Assembly: GCA_041664245.1 (NCBI GenBank) | Contig: JBAYLC010000002.1 | Span: 75,593 to 139,592, forward strand | DNA length: 64,000 nt | Reading direction: 5' to 3' | DNA from: Minisyncoccota bacterium | Lineage (GTDB): Bacteria; Patescibacteriota; Minisyncoccia; UBA6257; 2-01-FULL-56-20 | Shown: one piece after another, positions 20,434-29,772 of the stretch | Numbering within the stretch: the first letter of the stretch is position 1 | Layout: each line of letters starts with the position of its first letter | Notes under the pieces: model-generated | What the model saw: the letters and a program-made list of their open reading frames with translations, nothing else | Told to the model about the DNA's origin: nothing | Database searches by the model: none | Program-made: the position numbers and the translations under genes

Positions 20434-21090
20434 TTAAAAACTGATTGGTTTTGAATCAAAAATTTCTTTGTCTTTCGGGAATAAGCGGACAGCGATATGG
20501 AAAATTGAGTAAGTAATGAAGAAAGCGGCGAGAACATCAATCGAGTAGTGATAGTGACCGAGAAGAACAATAACGCCGAAAAATAGTGAAGCGACGAGAG
20601 AGAGGAGTCGAATATATTTGTTTTTCCAAAAAATTAAAGCCATTAAGAATGGCATGCCAGTGTGGGAGGAGAAAAACAAGTCGGCGCCCGGACCAGCGAC
20701 AAATCGCTGAACAACATTTCCGAGCTCAAGAGGGTCTTGAGTGGGGAAAGGACCAAGATGAGTTAAGCTCATAAAAATAGAGCGGATAATAATAAAAATT
20801 GCGGTGCATTTTAAGACGAATGGAAATTTTTGCGGATTTAGCAAACAAACAATAAAAATAAAAAACCAAAAAATCAGTGGACCATAAAGAAAGGCCGGGC
20901 CAACGTCCCAAGGCTGGGTGTTGCTTAGAATAATATCAGTCACCGAATTGCTAGCCTTTTCGGTGGCGTATTGGGAGGCAAAATAGTTAACAAAAATGCT
21001 TATTGTAAGAAAAATAAGGGCAATACCGAGAGAGATAAGAAATTTATTATTTCGGAAGTGGAGCCGATATTTTTCGGCGATTTTTTTCAT
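20434..21090 (-). CDS. Sphingomyelin-synthase-like / PAP2 membrane phosphotransferase
   Basis: DLFFSSHT and HYHYSIDV match SMS D3/D4 motifs (CGDxxxSGHT, HYTxDV); six TM segments. Confidence 0.8.
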   Translation of the reverse strand: MKKIAEKYRLHFRNNKFLISLGIALIFLTISIFVNYFASQYATEKASNSVTDIILSNTQPWDVGPAFLYGPLIFWFFIFIVCLLNPQKFPFVLKCTAIFIIIRSIFMSLTHLGPFPTQDPLELGNVVQRFVAGPGADLFFSSHTGMPFLMALIFWKNKYIRLLSLVASLFFGVIVLLGHYHYSIDVLAAFFITYSIFHIAVRLFPKDKEIFDSKPISF

Positions 21091-21233
21091 TGTTATTTTT
21101 TACCAAAAAAGCGAGGTTCTAATCAATTTTTCTTGTGGTAAAAATATGAAGCTAATTCGTTGATTGTAGCAGAAAATTTCGGCTTTTTAAAGAGCGGTCG
21201 GGGTAATTGGATTAGATTTTTTCTGGGTTATTG

Positions 21234-22754
21234 TTAGGCAAAACCTGAAAAAAAATCAGTTTTGATTTGGCTCTTAGTTAATCCGAGATTCAAAAGAGCT
21301 TTCTCCGCGGCGGTTACTAGCGAGCGGGGGCCGGATACATAGAATAATCTTTCGCCGTAATCGGGAATTTCATCGAGAATCATTTGCTCGTTTATAAAGC
21401 CTCGCTGGCCAGACCAGGAGGGGGGGATGCTATTTTTGTCGGTAAGGGTGTAAATCGTTTGGATGACCAGTTGCTCTTTCGCTTGGTCAAAAATTTCCTT
21501 ATAGGCGATATCAGAAATGGTTCTATTAGAATAAAGAAGAACGATCGATCGCTTTTCATTATTATCCAAAAGATATTTGACCATGCTTCGAAAGGGAGTG
21601 ATGCCAATGCCACCGGCAATAAAGGCAATTTTTCTTTTTTCATCTTTGGGTAGAACAAAATCGCCGGATAGCTGGGCGGCAACAATATCATCTTCTTGAT
21701 CCATTGAAAGAAGCTTTTTTTTGAAACTACTGGGGTTATTATAAAATTTTACGCCCAGGCGTAGATCATTTTCGGTTGGCGAGGAGGCAATGGTGAAATA
21801 TCTCCTATTGCCGCGGTTGTCAGAGTGGGCGTGGCCCAGAGTCCACTCCATATATTGGCCGGGGCGGAACTTTATTTTTTTATCAAATCCGAAAATAAAG
21901 TCATAAGTTCCGGCGCCAACTTCTTTTTTTGATTTTAATTTCAAAATATATTTCCCTTTTGGGCTAACTAAATAAGAAAAGATGTTACCAACCAAGAGAG
22001 CTAATTCTGGTGTTGAATAGATTGAACCAAGATGAACGGCGGGGGCAAAAAGAAAGCCCACGAGGGCGCCATAAATAATTCGAAGCGATTTGGCGGGCGG
22101 GGTGGTAAGCGGTTCGGTCAACATTACAAAGGCTAAGAAAAAAATGGGAGTATGAAGGATTGTTTTTGTAATGGCGCTAATTGGGTTCTGAATAGAAAAA
22201 GCGGTGATGGTGACAAGAGCGGCAATAAAAAAGGAAAGAACTAGATCGAATCGGTGGATTTTTCTAGTGATAAGTAACCCGCCCAAAACCACAAAGGCTA
22301 ACATTGGGATACTGCCGCCGATCCACCAGGTGGCGGATTGACCGATAGTGAAGGCGGTTAAGGCGACAGCAAGAGCGACTGGATTAAAAATATGTTTTTT
22401 AGAAATCGCAAAAATGTATTTGGTGGCCATGCTCCAAGCGGCAACCCAGACGAGGAAAGAAACATCCATCAGGTTTGATGGCATAACCGGCGTTATGATG
22501 AGCGCTAAGATAAGGGCCGTGATGTAGGCAGATTCGATATTGATTTGAGCTTTAAAAATTCCGGCAAAGACAGAGTTGGAAATCCAGGAGACAAGCACGA
22601 GGATAGAGGCAGTGAAGATGAGAGCAATCGGGTTGTAGGATAAAAATCCCAAAAAACTGAAAATAATCGCGACTACCAAAAGTACGATAAGATAATATAG
22701 AACAAGACGATACATTGTCATTTTATTGAGGAAATCGTCAATGAATTTAAACAT
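21234..22754 (-). CDS. RnfD/NqrB-like membrane domain fused to a ferredoxin-NADP reductase-type domain
   Basis: KHIFNPVA and MLTEPLTTP (RnfD-like); FRPGQY, RRYFTIASSP, IAGGIGITPF (FNR). Confidence 0.88.
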   Translation of the reverse strand: MFKFIDDFLNKMTMYRLVLYYLIVLLVVAIIFSFLGFLSYNPIALIFTASILVLVSWISNSVFAGIFKAQINIESAYITALILALIITPVMPSNLMDVSFLVWVAAWSMATKYIFAISKKHIFNPVALAVALTAFTIGQSATWWIGGSIPMLAFVVLGGLLITRKIHRFDLVLSFFIAALVTITAFSIQNPISAITKTILHTPIFFLAFVMLTEPLTTPPAKSLRIIYGALVGFLFAPAVHLGSIYSTPELALLVGNIFSYLVSPKGKYILKLKSKKEVGAGTYDFIFGFDKKIKFRPGQYMEWTLGHAHSDNRGNRRYFTIASSPTENDLRLGVKFYNNPSSFKKKLLSMDQEDDIVAAQLSGDFVLPKDEKRKIAFIAGGIGITPFRSMVKYLLDNNEKRSIVLLYSNRTISDIAYKEIFDQAKEQLVIQTIYTLTDKNSIPPSWSGQRGFINEQMILDEIPDYGERLFYVSGPRSLVTAAEKALLNLGLTKSQIKTDFFSGFA

Positions 22755-23502
22755 TGATTGAGGTGTATTTTTTAAAGCCGCTCGTCATGGTGGCTTGGCC
22801 GTTTTTATCAATTTGATAACCTTCAAAACCATCCAGGTTTTCGATGAAGTTAATTCCGTTTTGCTCCATGGCGAAAGCAGCGGTGGCAAACCGGTCGGCT
22901 TCGTAGATGTTCGGCCCGATAACCGTCAAGCTGACAACTTCAGTGATGGGTTTGGTTTTGTTTTTGGGATTGTAGATATGCTGGCCGCGCAAGTAACTGC
23001 CGGAGGTGGCGACGCCCTCGTTATTTTTTATATAAATCACTTTAACAATTTCTTCCGGATGAAAAGGATTCTTAATGCCGACTGACCAATCTTCGCCGCG
23101 GCTGTTTTTGCCGCGCGATTGAATATCGCCGCCGGCGTCAATATAAAAATTTTCCCGGCCAATTTTTTGGAGGATTTGCGCAGCGTTATAAATTGCCCAA
23201 CCTTTGACAAGGCCGGAGGGGTCGATTTTTCCGTTTGGGGCGGTAATATCGAAATAGCCGTTTGTTTTTTGGTTTGTTTCGGTTGAAAGAGTGAAAACGG
23301 TTTTCATATCTTCGCTCCAGTCTCTTTCTTGCAGTTCGCCGCGATTAATTTTAGAAATCTCACTTGTTTCTTTGTAGGGGCTGAATTTTTTATCAACGTA
23401 ATCAAAGTAGGAAAAGACTTTTTCGAGGTCGGTTTCCGGAGAAGGAGAATCAAGTATTTCAACAGTAATCGTCATCCCCATCATTTTTCGGACTTGCTTC
23501 AT
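22747..23502 (-). CDS. apbE: FAD:protein FMN transferase
   Basis: FSPYKETSEIS, GYFDIT, DPSGLVKGW, DAGGD, VATSG, HIYNP, ADRFATAAF. Confidence 0.93.
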   Translation of the reverse strand: MKQVRKMMGMTITVEILDSPSPETDLEKVFSYFDYVDKKFSPYKETSEISKINRGELQERDWSEDMKTVFTLSTETNQKTNGYFDITAPNGKIDPSGLVKGWAIYNAAQILQKIGRENFYIDAGGDIQSRGKNSRGEDWSVGIKNPFHPEEIVKVIYIKNNEGVATSGSYLRGQHIYNPKNKTKPITEVVSLTVIGPNIYEADRFATAAFAMEQNGINFIENLDGFEGYQIDKNGQATMTSGFKKYTSINV

Positions 23503-23509
23503 GGTCTAA

Positions 23510-24076
23510 TTAGTTTTTTGCTTGAGCGAGCGCCGAACCAAGCGATTCGATAAAGGCATTACTAGTGTCGGTCGCGCCCGAGACAATATCAACTTGAGCA
23601 TTTTGAGCCTGAATAGCTTCGGTTATTAAGTAGGGCATAGCTTGAGTGTTAATTTGAATTGAGGTTCGTCGATCACTGGGGTATTGCAGAAATTGGACAT
23701 CGGTAAGACGGCCGCCCTGGATGGTGGCGGCGACTTGGACATTACCGTAATAAGCGTCGGCAGTTGTGCCGGTGTAGGAACCGTCTCGGTATATTCCTTT
23801 AGGCGCCGGTGGCGGCGTAGGAGCGGGTTTAGGGGAAGGAGTTGGGGTTGGTGTGGGAGCTGGCTGAGGAGGTTTTTTTGTAGTTTTTGGATTTGAGGTT
23901 GGCGGGGCGGGAGTGATAGTTTTGTCGGGCTGGGGATCGGAAGTCGGGGCGGATTTAGATGCTGGATCGCCGACCGGAAGATTATTGATGTAAATACCTA
24001 ATTGTTTGGAGCTACTTAATATCGCGTAGAAGGTAAATGCAATGATAAAAACAAACGATAGAAGAAATTTTTTCAT
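23510..24076 (-). CDS. Extracytoplasmic FMN-binding protein with Pro-rich stalk
   Basis: N-terminal TM helix, Pro/Thr linker, YRDGSYTG, flavinylation motif DIVSGAT. Confidence 0.92.
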   Translation of the reverse strand: MKKFLLSFVFIIAFTFYAILSSSKQLGIYINNLPVGDPASKSAPTSDPQPDKTITPAPPTSNPKTTKKPPQPAPTPTPTPSPKPAPTPPPAPKGIYRDGSYTGTTADAYYGNVQVAATIQGGRLTDVQFLQYPSDRRTSIQINTQAMPYLITEAIQAQNAQVDIVSGATDTSNAFIESLGSALAQAKN

Positions 24077-24131
24077 AAATATTTTTTATAAGTCCTAAAA
24101 AACTGCGTGACTTTGTTTCCATTATTATTAA

Positions 24132-24161
24132 TAATACAATAAAATCGGCTGATTTGGTGCG
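24132..24161 (-). promoter_or_regulatory. Putative ECF-sigma promoter CGCACC-N17-TGTATTA
   Basis: Upstream of the FMN-bind gene; matches the 12871-12900 motif. Confidence 0.65.
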
Positions 24162-24219
24162 GGTTAAAGGAGATAGATTTTCCTGATATGATACGGTTTA
24201 TGAGGCGAATAGTTGCCTG

Positions 24220-24247
24220 TTGACAGTATTCGTTGGTGTGATATAAT
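24220..24247 (+). promoter_or_regulatory. Consensus sigma70 promoter of the DEAD-box helicase
   Basis: TTGACA-16-TATAAT with extended TG. Confidence 0.8.
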
Positions 24248-24335
24248 CACAATCTAAGATCGGTTAGGAGGTCTTTGGGTGCGCACTGACACAAGAGAGT
24301 CGTCTCATTCAGGAGGCGGCTTTTTAAATAAAACA

Positions 24336-25691
24336 ATGAACGAAGAAAAAGGATTTTATGGATTAGGGATTGCTCCCGGAATTTTGCAAGTTTTGGCAAA
24401 ACTAAATTTCAAAATTCCGACGCCAATTCAAGAGCAGTCGATTCCGATTGCAATTGAAGGAAAGGATGTGATGGGAATCGCTCAAACCGGAACCGGTAAG
24501 ACGCTGGCTTTTGGTATTCCTTTAATTCAAAGCGTGCTTCGGGATAATAGTTTTGGTTTGGTGATTGTTCCGACTAGAGAGTTGGCGATTCAAGTTGCCG
24601 AAGCCTTGGAAAAAGTGGGGCTACCTTTGGGCCTTCGAACCGCCACGCTTATTGGCGGCGAATCAATAGCTTATCAAATTCGCCGGCTCCATCGCAGTCC
24701 CCAGATTATTATCGGAACTCCAGGAAGAATTATTGACCATTTAGGGCAAAAAACTTTAGCTTTAGGAAAAGTAAAAATATTGGTTTTAGACGAGGCGGAT
24801 AGGATGCTCGATATGGGTTTCACGCCGCAACTAAAAAAAATTCTTCCCCACTTACCGCACGAGAGGCAAACGATGTTTTTTTCGGCAACAATGCCGCCGG
24901 AGATTGTGGCAATGGCGCGGGCATATTTGAAATTGCCGGTGCGAGTTGAAGTGGCTAGATCCGGAAGCACGGTTTCTAAAGTTACCCAAGAGCTATTTTT
25001 TGTTTCGCAAGATTCAAAACTTCGTCTACTTGAGAAAATACTTCAAGAATATCGGGGATCGGTTTTGGTTTTTTCCCGAACTAAATTTACGGCGAAAAGA
25101 ATTGCGGCTTCGGTTCGAGCTTTGGGAATTTCGGCGACAGAGATTCACGCCAACAGATCGCTGAACCAAAGAAAAGAAGCGCTTGAAGGTTTTAAGAGGG
25201 GCCGGTATCGGGTGCTGGCGGCCACGGATATCGCGGCGCGCGGTATTGATGTGGATAATATTGAATTGGTTTTGAATTACGATTTACCGGAAAATGCCGA
25301 GGATTATGTGCACCGAATCGGACGAACCGGACGAGCCGGCGAGAGTGGTCACGCCATTTCCTTCGCGCGGCCGAACCAGAGCGGGGATGTGCGGGCAATT
25401 GAACGTTTGATTCAATTAAATTTACCGGTTTCAAAGATTCCAAATTTGCCGCCGCCTTCGCCTTCTAAACCGCAATTTTTTGAATCGGGCAGAACACAGA
25501 CTGGCCAACGCCGGAATTTTTCTTCCCCAAAAAATAAATTCGGGGCTAGGCCGAGTTTCGGAAATAAACCTAGTTTTGGAAGCAAGCCGAGATTTAACGA
25601 TAAACCAAAATCAAATTTTGACGGGAGATCAAGATTCAACCGGAAGGTTGAATCTGGCAGTCGAACCCCAAGCCGCAGATTTTACCGGTAA
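24336..25691 (+). CDS. DEAD-box RNA helicase (RhlE/CshA-like)
   Basis: Q motif PTPIQ, AQTGTGKT, PTRELA, DEAD, SAT, HRIGRTGR; basic C-terminal tail. Confidence 0.95.
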   Translation: MNEEKGFYGLGIAPGILQVLAKLNFKIPTPIQEQSIPIAIEGKDVMGIAQTGTGKTLAFGIPLIQSVLRDNSFGLVIVPTRELAIQVAEALEKVGLPLGLRTATLIGGESIAYQIRRLHRSPQIIIGTPGRIIDHLGQKTLALGKVKILVLDEADRMLDMGFTPQLKKILPHLPHERQTMFFSATMPPEIVAMARAYLKLPVRVEVARSGSTVSKVTQELFFVSQDSKLRLLEKILQEYRGSVLVFSRTKFTAKRIAASVRALGISATEIHANRSLNQRKEALEGFKRGRYRVLAATDIAARGIDVDNIELVLNYDLPENAEDYVHRIGRTGRAGESGHAISFARPNQSGDVRAIERLIQLNLPVSKIPNLPPPSPSKPQFFESGRTQTGQRRNFSSPKNKFGARPSFGNKPSFGSKPRFNDKPKSNFDGRSRFNRKVESGSRTPSRRFYR

Positions 25692-25764
25692 TTTTATTTA
25701 CTCTTTGGAGAAATAATTATATAATTAGCGGGCATTTTAAGCCCCAACGGGCAATTTTTTTCAA

Positions 25765-27588
25765 ATGAAACTTCGAAACATCGCTATTATCGCTCACGTT
25801 GACCACGGGAAAACCACCTTAGTGGACGCGCTTTTAAAACAGTCGCTTAATTTTAAGCTCAAGTCTGGTTCAGACTCAAATTTGATTATGGATTCAAACG
25901 AGCTTGAGCGGGAGCGGGGGATTACAATTTTTTCAAAAAACGCGGCGGTGGTTTACGGGGATGTAAAGATTAACATCGTGGATACACCCGGGCACGCCGA
26001 TTTTGGAGGCGAAGTGGAAAGAATTATGCGAATGGTAGATGGAGCGCTACTTTTGATTGATGCAAAAGAGGGACCGATGCCGCAGACAAAGTTTGTTTTA
26101 AAAAAGGCGATTCAAGCGGGCCATAAAATTATTGTGGTTATAAATAAAATTGATAAGCCAGATGCCCGGCCGGTTTGGGCGTTGGATCGAACTTTTGATC
26201 TTTTTGTCGAACTTAAAGCATCGGATGAACAGACTGATTTTCCGATCATCTATGCTTCGGGAATTGCCGGAAAAGCCGGGTATGCTCACGATCTTGAGAC
26301 GATGGAAGATGTTCGGCCGCTTTTCGATTCAATCGTTAAATATATTCCGGAACCGAAAATTGACGCGGCAAAACATCTTCAGATGCTAACGGTTAATTTA
26401 GCGCAGGATAATTACAAAGGAAAGATTGCGATTGGACGGCTTTATTCGGGAACATTAAAAAAGGGAATGGAGGTGGGGCATATTGACCGGGCGGGAGTTT
26501 TGAAAAAAGCGACGCTTAGTTCAGTTATGACTTTTGAGGGTTTAAGTAGAATTGAATCAGAAGCGGGAATTCCGGGAGACATCGTGGCAATTGCTGGAAT
26601 TTCGGATATTTCAATCGGGGAGACGATTACCGATCCGGACCATCCGGAGCCGTTGCCGACAATTTCGATTGAAGAACCGACGGTGAAGATGACTTTTGCG
26701 GTGAACACTTCACCATTTTCTGGAAAGGAGGGGCAATATTCAACCTCCAATAACATTCGTGACCGCTTGATGAAGGAAATAGAAACGGACGTGGCACTTC
26801 GCGTGGAGGCGACTGACGCGATGGATACTTGGGTTGTGTCTGGAAGAGGAGAGTTACATCTTTCAATTTTGATCGAGAAAATGCGGCGGGAGGGTTTTGA
26901 ATTTCAAGTGTCACGGCCGCAAGTTATTTTTAAAGATTCCGATGATGGAAAAAAGAAATTAGAACCAATCGAGCTTTTATCAATTGAAGTGCCGGAGCCG
27001 TTTACGGGAACGGCGATTGAGGCCTTAGGTCCCCGAAAAGGAACAATGACGGATATGCGAGTTGAACACGGAACGGCATTCTTAGAATTTTTTGTGCCGA
27101 CGAGGGGACTTATCGGTTTTCGAAATCAATTTTTAACGGCGACAAAAGGGCAGGGAATTATGAACTCCCTTTTTGAGGGTTATGAAGAATATAAAGGCGA
27201 GTTTGAATCAAACGCGCATGGGTCGCTAGTGGCTTCCGAGAGCGGGAAAACCAGTACCTATGGGCTTTTAAATGCTGAAGGAAGAGGGGATTTATTTGTG
27301 GGGCCGGGAGTTTCGATTTACGAAGGAATGATTGTCGGCCAAAACGCTAAGGCGATGGATATTCGGGTAAATGTCTGCAAAGAAAAACAACTTTCCAATA
27401 TGCGGGCGAAGTCCGACGGGGCGATGGAGTTTTTAAAAGTGCCACGAATAATGACGCTTGAAGAAGCGATTGAGTTTATCGGTGATGATGAGTTGGTGGA
27501 AGTAACACCTAAATCAATTAGATTACGAAAATATTGGCTTCGGGAAATCGACGAAAAAAGAGCGGTTCGGAAGGAGAAGGGCGGGTAG
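25765..27588 (+). CDS. typA: Translational GTPase TypA/BipA
   Basis: [46 protein letters not shown]. Confidence 0.97.
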   Translation: MKLRNIAIIAHVDHGKTTLVDALLKQSLNFKLKSGSDSNLIMDSNELERERGITIFSKNAAVVYGDVKINIVDTPGHADFGGEVERIMRMVDGALLLIDAKEGPMPQTKFVLKKAIQAGHKIIVVINKIDKPDARPVWALDRTFDLFVELKASDEQTDFPIIYASGIAGKAGYAHDLETMEDVRPLFDSIVKYIPEPKIDAAKHLQMLTVNLAQDNYKGKIAIGRLYSGTLKKGMEVGHIDRAGVLKKATLSSVMTFEGLSRIESEAGIPGDIVAIAGISDISIGETITDPDHPEPLPTISIEEPTVKMTFAVNTSPFSGKEGQYSTSNNIRDRLMKEIETDVALRVEATDAMDTWVVSGRGELHLSILIEKMRREGFEFQVSRPQVIFKDSDDGKKKLEPIELLSIEVPEPFTGTAIEALGPRKGTMTDMRVEHGTAFLEFFVPTRGLIGFRNQFLTATKGQGIMNSLFEGYEEYKGEFESNAHGSLVASESGKTSTYGLLNAEGRGDLFVGPGVSIYEGMIVGQNAKAMDIRVNVCKEKQLSNMRAKSDGAMEFLKVPRIMTLEEAIEFIGDDELVEVTPKSIRLRKYWLREIDEKRAVRKEKGG

Positions 27589-27639
27589 TAAGTTAGATGT
27601 TGGAGGATAGAAGTTAGACGACTAAGAACAGCTATCTTT

Positions 27640-28857
27640 TTATTGCGGTTGCGTGTTTTGTTTAGGGATTTTCCGGACTAGAAATACAGCAATAATAAGA
27701 AATATCGTCATAGAAAGCATAGCCCAACGATAGTCGCTGAGGGATAGAACGATACTCCAGACGAGCGGGCCGAAGAAAGTGGAAGCGCGTTCGGAAATAG
27801 CGAAGATTCCAAAGCCATAATTTAATTTTTCTTTTGGCACTAGGGAAATTAATATTTGCCTGGAAAGCGAAGATGTTCCACCTAGAAGGAGACCGGCAAT
27901 GATTCCAAAAATAAATAAAACTGAAAATTGGTTAATTTGAGAAATTATCGGAATAATAATTGCCCAAAGAGAAAGAATAATAATTATAGTTTTTCGCGAC
28001 CCAATTTTGTCGGATATAAATCCCCAGCCCCAAGCGCCAATTCCAGCGGAGGCGATTACTGATAAAATAATAGCGCTGATGGAGGTGTCGGAAACTTTAA
28101 ATAGAGCGCTGGTGAAAATCGAAAAATTATTGGTTATCGTGGTGATGGCGTCGTTAAATAGAAAAAAGGCGATTAGAAAAGCTAGCACTCCGGGAACGAG
28201 GCTGATTATTTTTAGGGCTTTGAATTGAGAGATTTCAGAATTTGGCGGCGAATCATTGTTTTCATAATTTTTAAATAGCTCTTTTTTGAATATTAACGGT
28301 AGGGCGAGGAGAATAAAAATTAAGGTAGCGGGGATAAGAGGAGCGATTAGGGAATCAACGCCAAGAGGTATTTTTCCCGAGACAAACGGGAGAGAAATCA
28401 AAACTCCGCTTATTTGGCCAAGGTAATTGGCAAAAAATCCGAATCCGGAAATCTTGCCGCGATTGCTTTTGGTGGAGATATTTTTAAGAATCGGATTATA
28501 AAAAACAAATGATAACTGGTAAAAGAAATTTCCCAAGCCAAAGAAGAGGGCGGTGACAAAAAGATTTAACCCGCCGATCGCGCTTGCGATAGCGAGAGCA
28601 TAAAAAATAAAGCAACCGAAAGTAGATAGAGATAAATATTTTCGGCCGCTGTTGATTTTGTCGGCCTTGCTGCCAAGCCAAGGAGCGAAAAAAACAAGAC
28701 CAATGGAGCCGATGATAAAAGTGGCATTATACCAAAAATCAGAAAATCCATTATTGACGACTAGCCATTTCGAGAAATAGATAAGGAAAGTGATGAAAAC
28801 AAAAGAATTGGCAAAATCGTATAAACTCCAGATTATAATGTTCTTTTTTGTGTTCAT
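27640..28857 (-). CDS. MFS transporter (UMF1/ATG22-like)
   Basis: WSLYDFANS start and about 12 TM segments. Confidence 0.88.
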   Translation of the reverse strand: MNTKKNIIIWSLYDFANSFVFITFLIYFSKWLVVNNGFSDFWYNATFIIGSIGLVFFAPWLGSKADKINSGRKYLSLSTFGCFIFYALAIASAIGGLNLFVTALFFGLGNFFYQLSFVFYNPILKNISTKSNRGKISGFGFFANYLGQISGVLISLPFVSGKIPLGVDSLIAPLIPATLIFILLALPLIFKKELFKNYENNDSPPNSEISQFKALKIISLVPGVLAFLIAFFLFNDAITTITNNFSIFTSALFKVSDTSISAIILSVIASAGIGAWGWGFISDKIGSRKTIIIILSLWAIIIPIISQINQFSVLFIFGIIAGLLLGGTSSLSRQILISLVPKEKLNYGFGIFAISERASTFFGPLVWSIVLSLSDYRWAMLSMTIFLIIAVFLVRKIPKQNTQPQ

Positions 28858-28859
28858 AG

Positions 28860-29468
28860 TTATTTTTTATTTTTAAGGTCTTTTATTAACTCGGGAATTT
28901 TTTCTTGATTGAAGTGGCCGCGGTTTTTGAGAATTGTTAATTTTGCTTTGGGAAGGACTTTTTGGAATTTTTTGGCGTGCGAAACCGGAACAACTTTGTC
29001 GTCTTGGCTGTGGTAAATGAAAATTTGGCCAGCTTGGTCTTTAAAGCTGCTTATATTTTTTGGCGGTTCGAAATCGAGCAGCGGGTCATCTAATCCATCG
29101 CTATTAAAACAAGCGGCGACGAGAAATGTCGCTTTTATATTTTTAGAAAACTTGTTTTCGGAGAGGTATTTAACGAGAAAAGTTCCACCTAAAGAGTGGC
29201 CGACGAAGATAGCTTTTGGCTTTATATAAGGAATTAGTTTTTCAAACCAAATTTTCCACTCTAGGTATTTGGCGTTGAATTTATTGGGCATCTCAGGAAG
29301 GATGACTTCGTAGTTTCGACCGAGATTTTTGGTGAGATTTCTCTTCCAGCTTTTTCGGTCGGACTTATAATATTCAAAATCAATTCGGAATTTTTTAAGA
29401 AAAGAGAGATATTTTTTATAGGTAGCGAAATTGTCGCCGCCGTGGATTACTAGAATTTGCTGTTTCAT
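28860..29468 (-). CDS. Alpha/beta hydrolase (YdeN/RBBP9-like)
   Basis: IHGG, GHSLG, HSQDDKVVP, GHFN; start MKQQILV at 29468. Confidence 0.88.
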   Translation of the reverse strand: MKQQILVIHGGDNFATYKKYLSFLKKFRIDFEYYKSDRKSWKRNLTKNLGRNYEVILPEMPNKFNAKYLEWKIWFEKLIPYIKPKAIFVGHSLGGTFLVKYLSENKFSKNIKATFLVAACFNSDGLDDPLLDFEPPKNISSFKDQAGQIFIYHSQDDKVVPVSHAKKFQKVLPKAKLTILKNRGHFNQEKIPELIKDLKNKK

Positions 29469-29596
29469 TTGGTTTTTTGAGCCGGTTTTATTGTTTTTCA
29501 GTATATTGCTTTTTTCGGCAAAAGTGAATTTTATCCACAGATTTTGGCTAGCCGAAAATATTTTCGGCGTGTTAGAATTGTTCAACAACTGAATAA

Positions 29597-29694
29597 TTTA
29601 TCATGAGTGGCGGTGAGAGTTCTGGCTCGCGGATCCGCCCGGCAACCCTCCAAAATGGAAAGGTGCCCCATCCAGCCCGCAGGGGAAAGATAAA
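29597..29694 (+). ncRNA. SAM-I riboswitch
   Basis: P1 TTTATC/GATAAA, ATC-ATGAG, GGCGG..CCGCC, CTGG/CCAG pseudoknot, GGCAACC..GGTGCC; directly upstream of metK. Confidence 0.88.
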
Positions 29695-29701
29695 GGTCGA
29701 A

Positions 29702-29734
29702 ACGCTTTTCTTTCGGGATAGGCGTATTTTTTTT
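29702..29734 (+). terminator. Riboswitch-controlled intrinsic terminator
   Basis: ACGCTT..TTCG..AGGCGT hairpin followed by a T run. Confidence 0.7.
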
Positions 29735-29772
29735 ATTCAGCTGTGAAAAAATACAAAAACATATTTAAAAAC

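Noticed and set aside
25540-25640. KPSFG/KPRF repeats in the helicase tail as a separate element
   Set aside because: An ordinary low-complexity basic tail of DEAD-box helicases.
29469-29772. Long starts for the hydrolase (29588) and metK (29743)
   Set aside because: They run into the promoter and riboswitch region; family-like sequence begins at 29468 and 29773.
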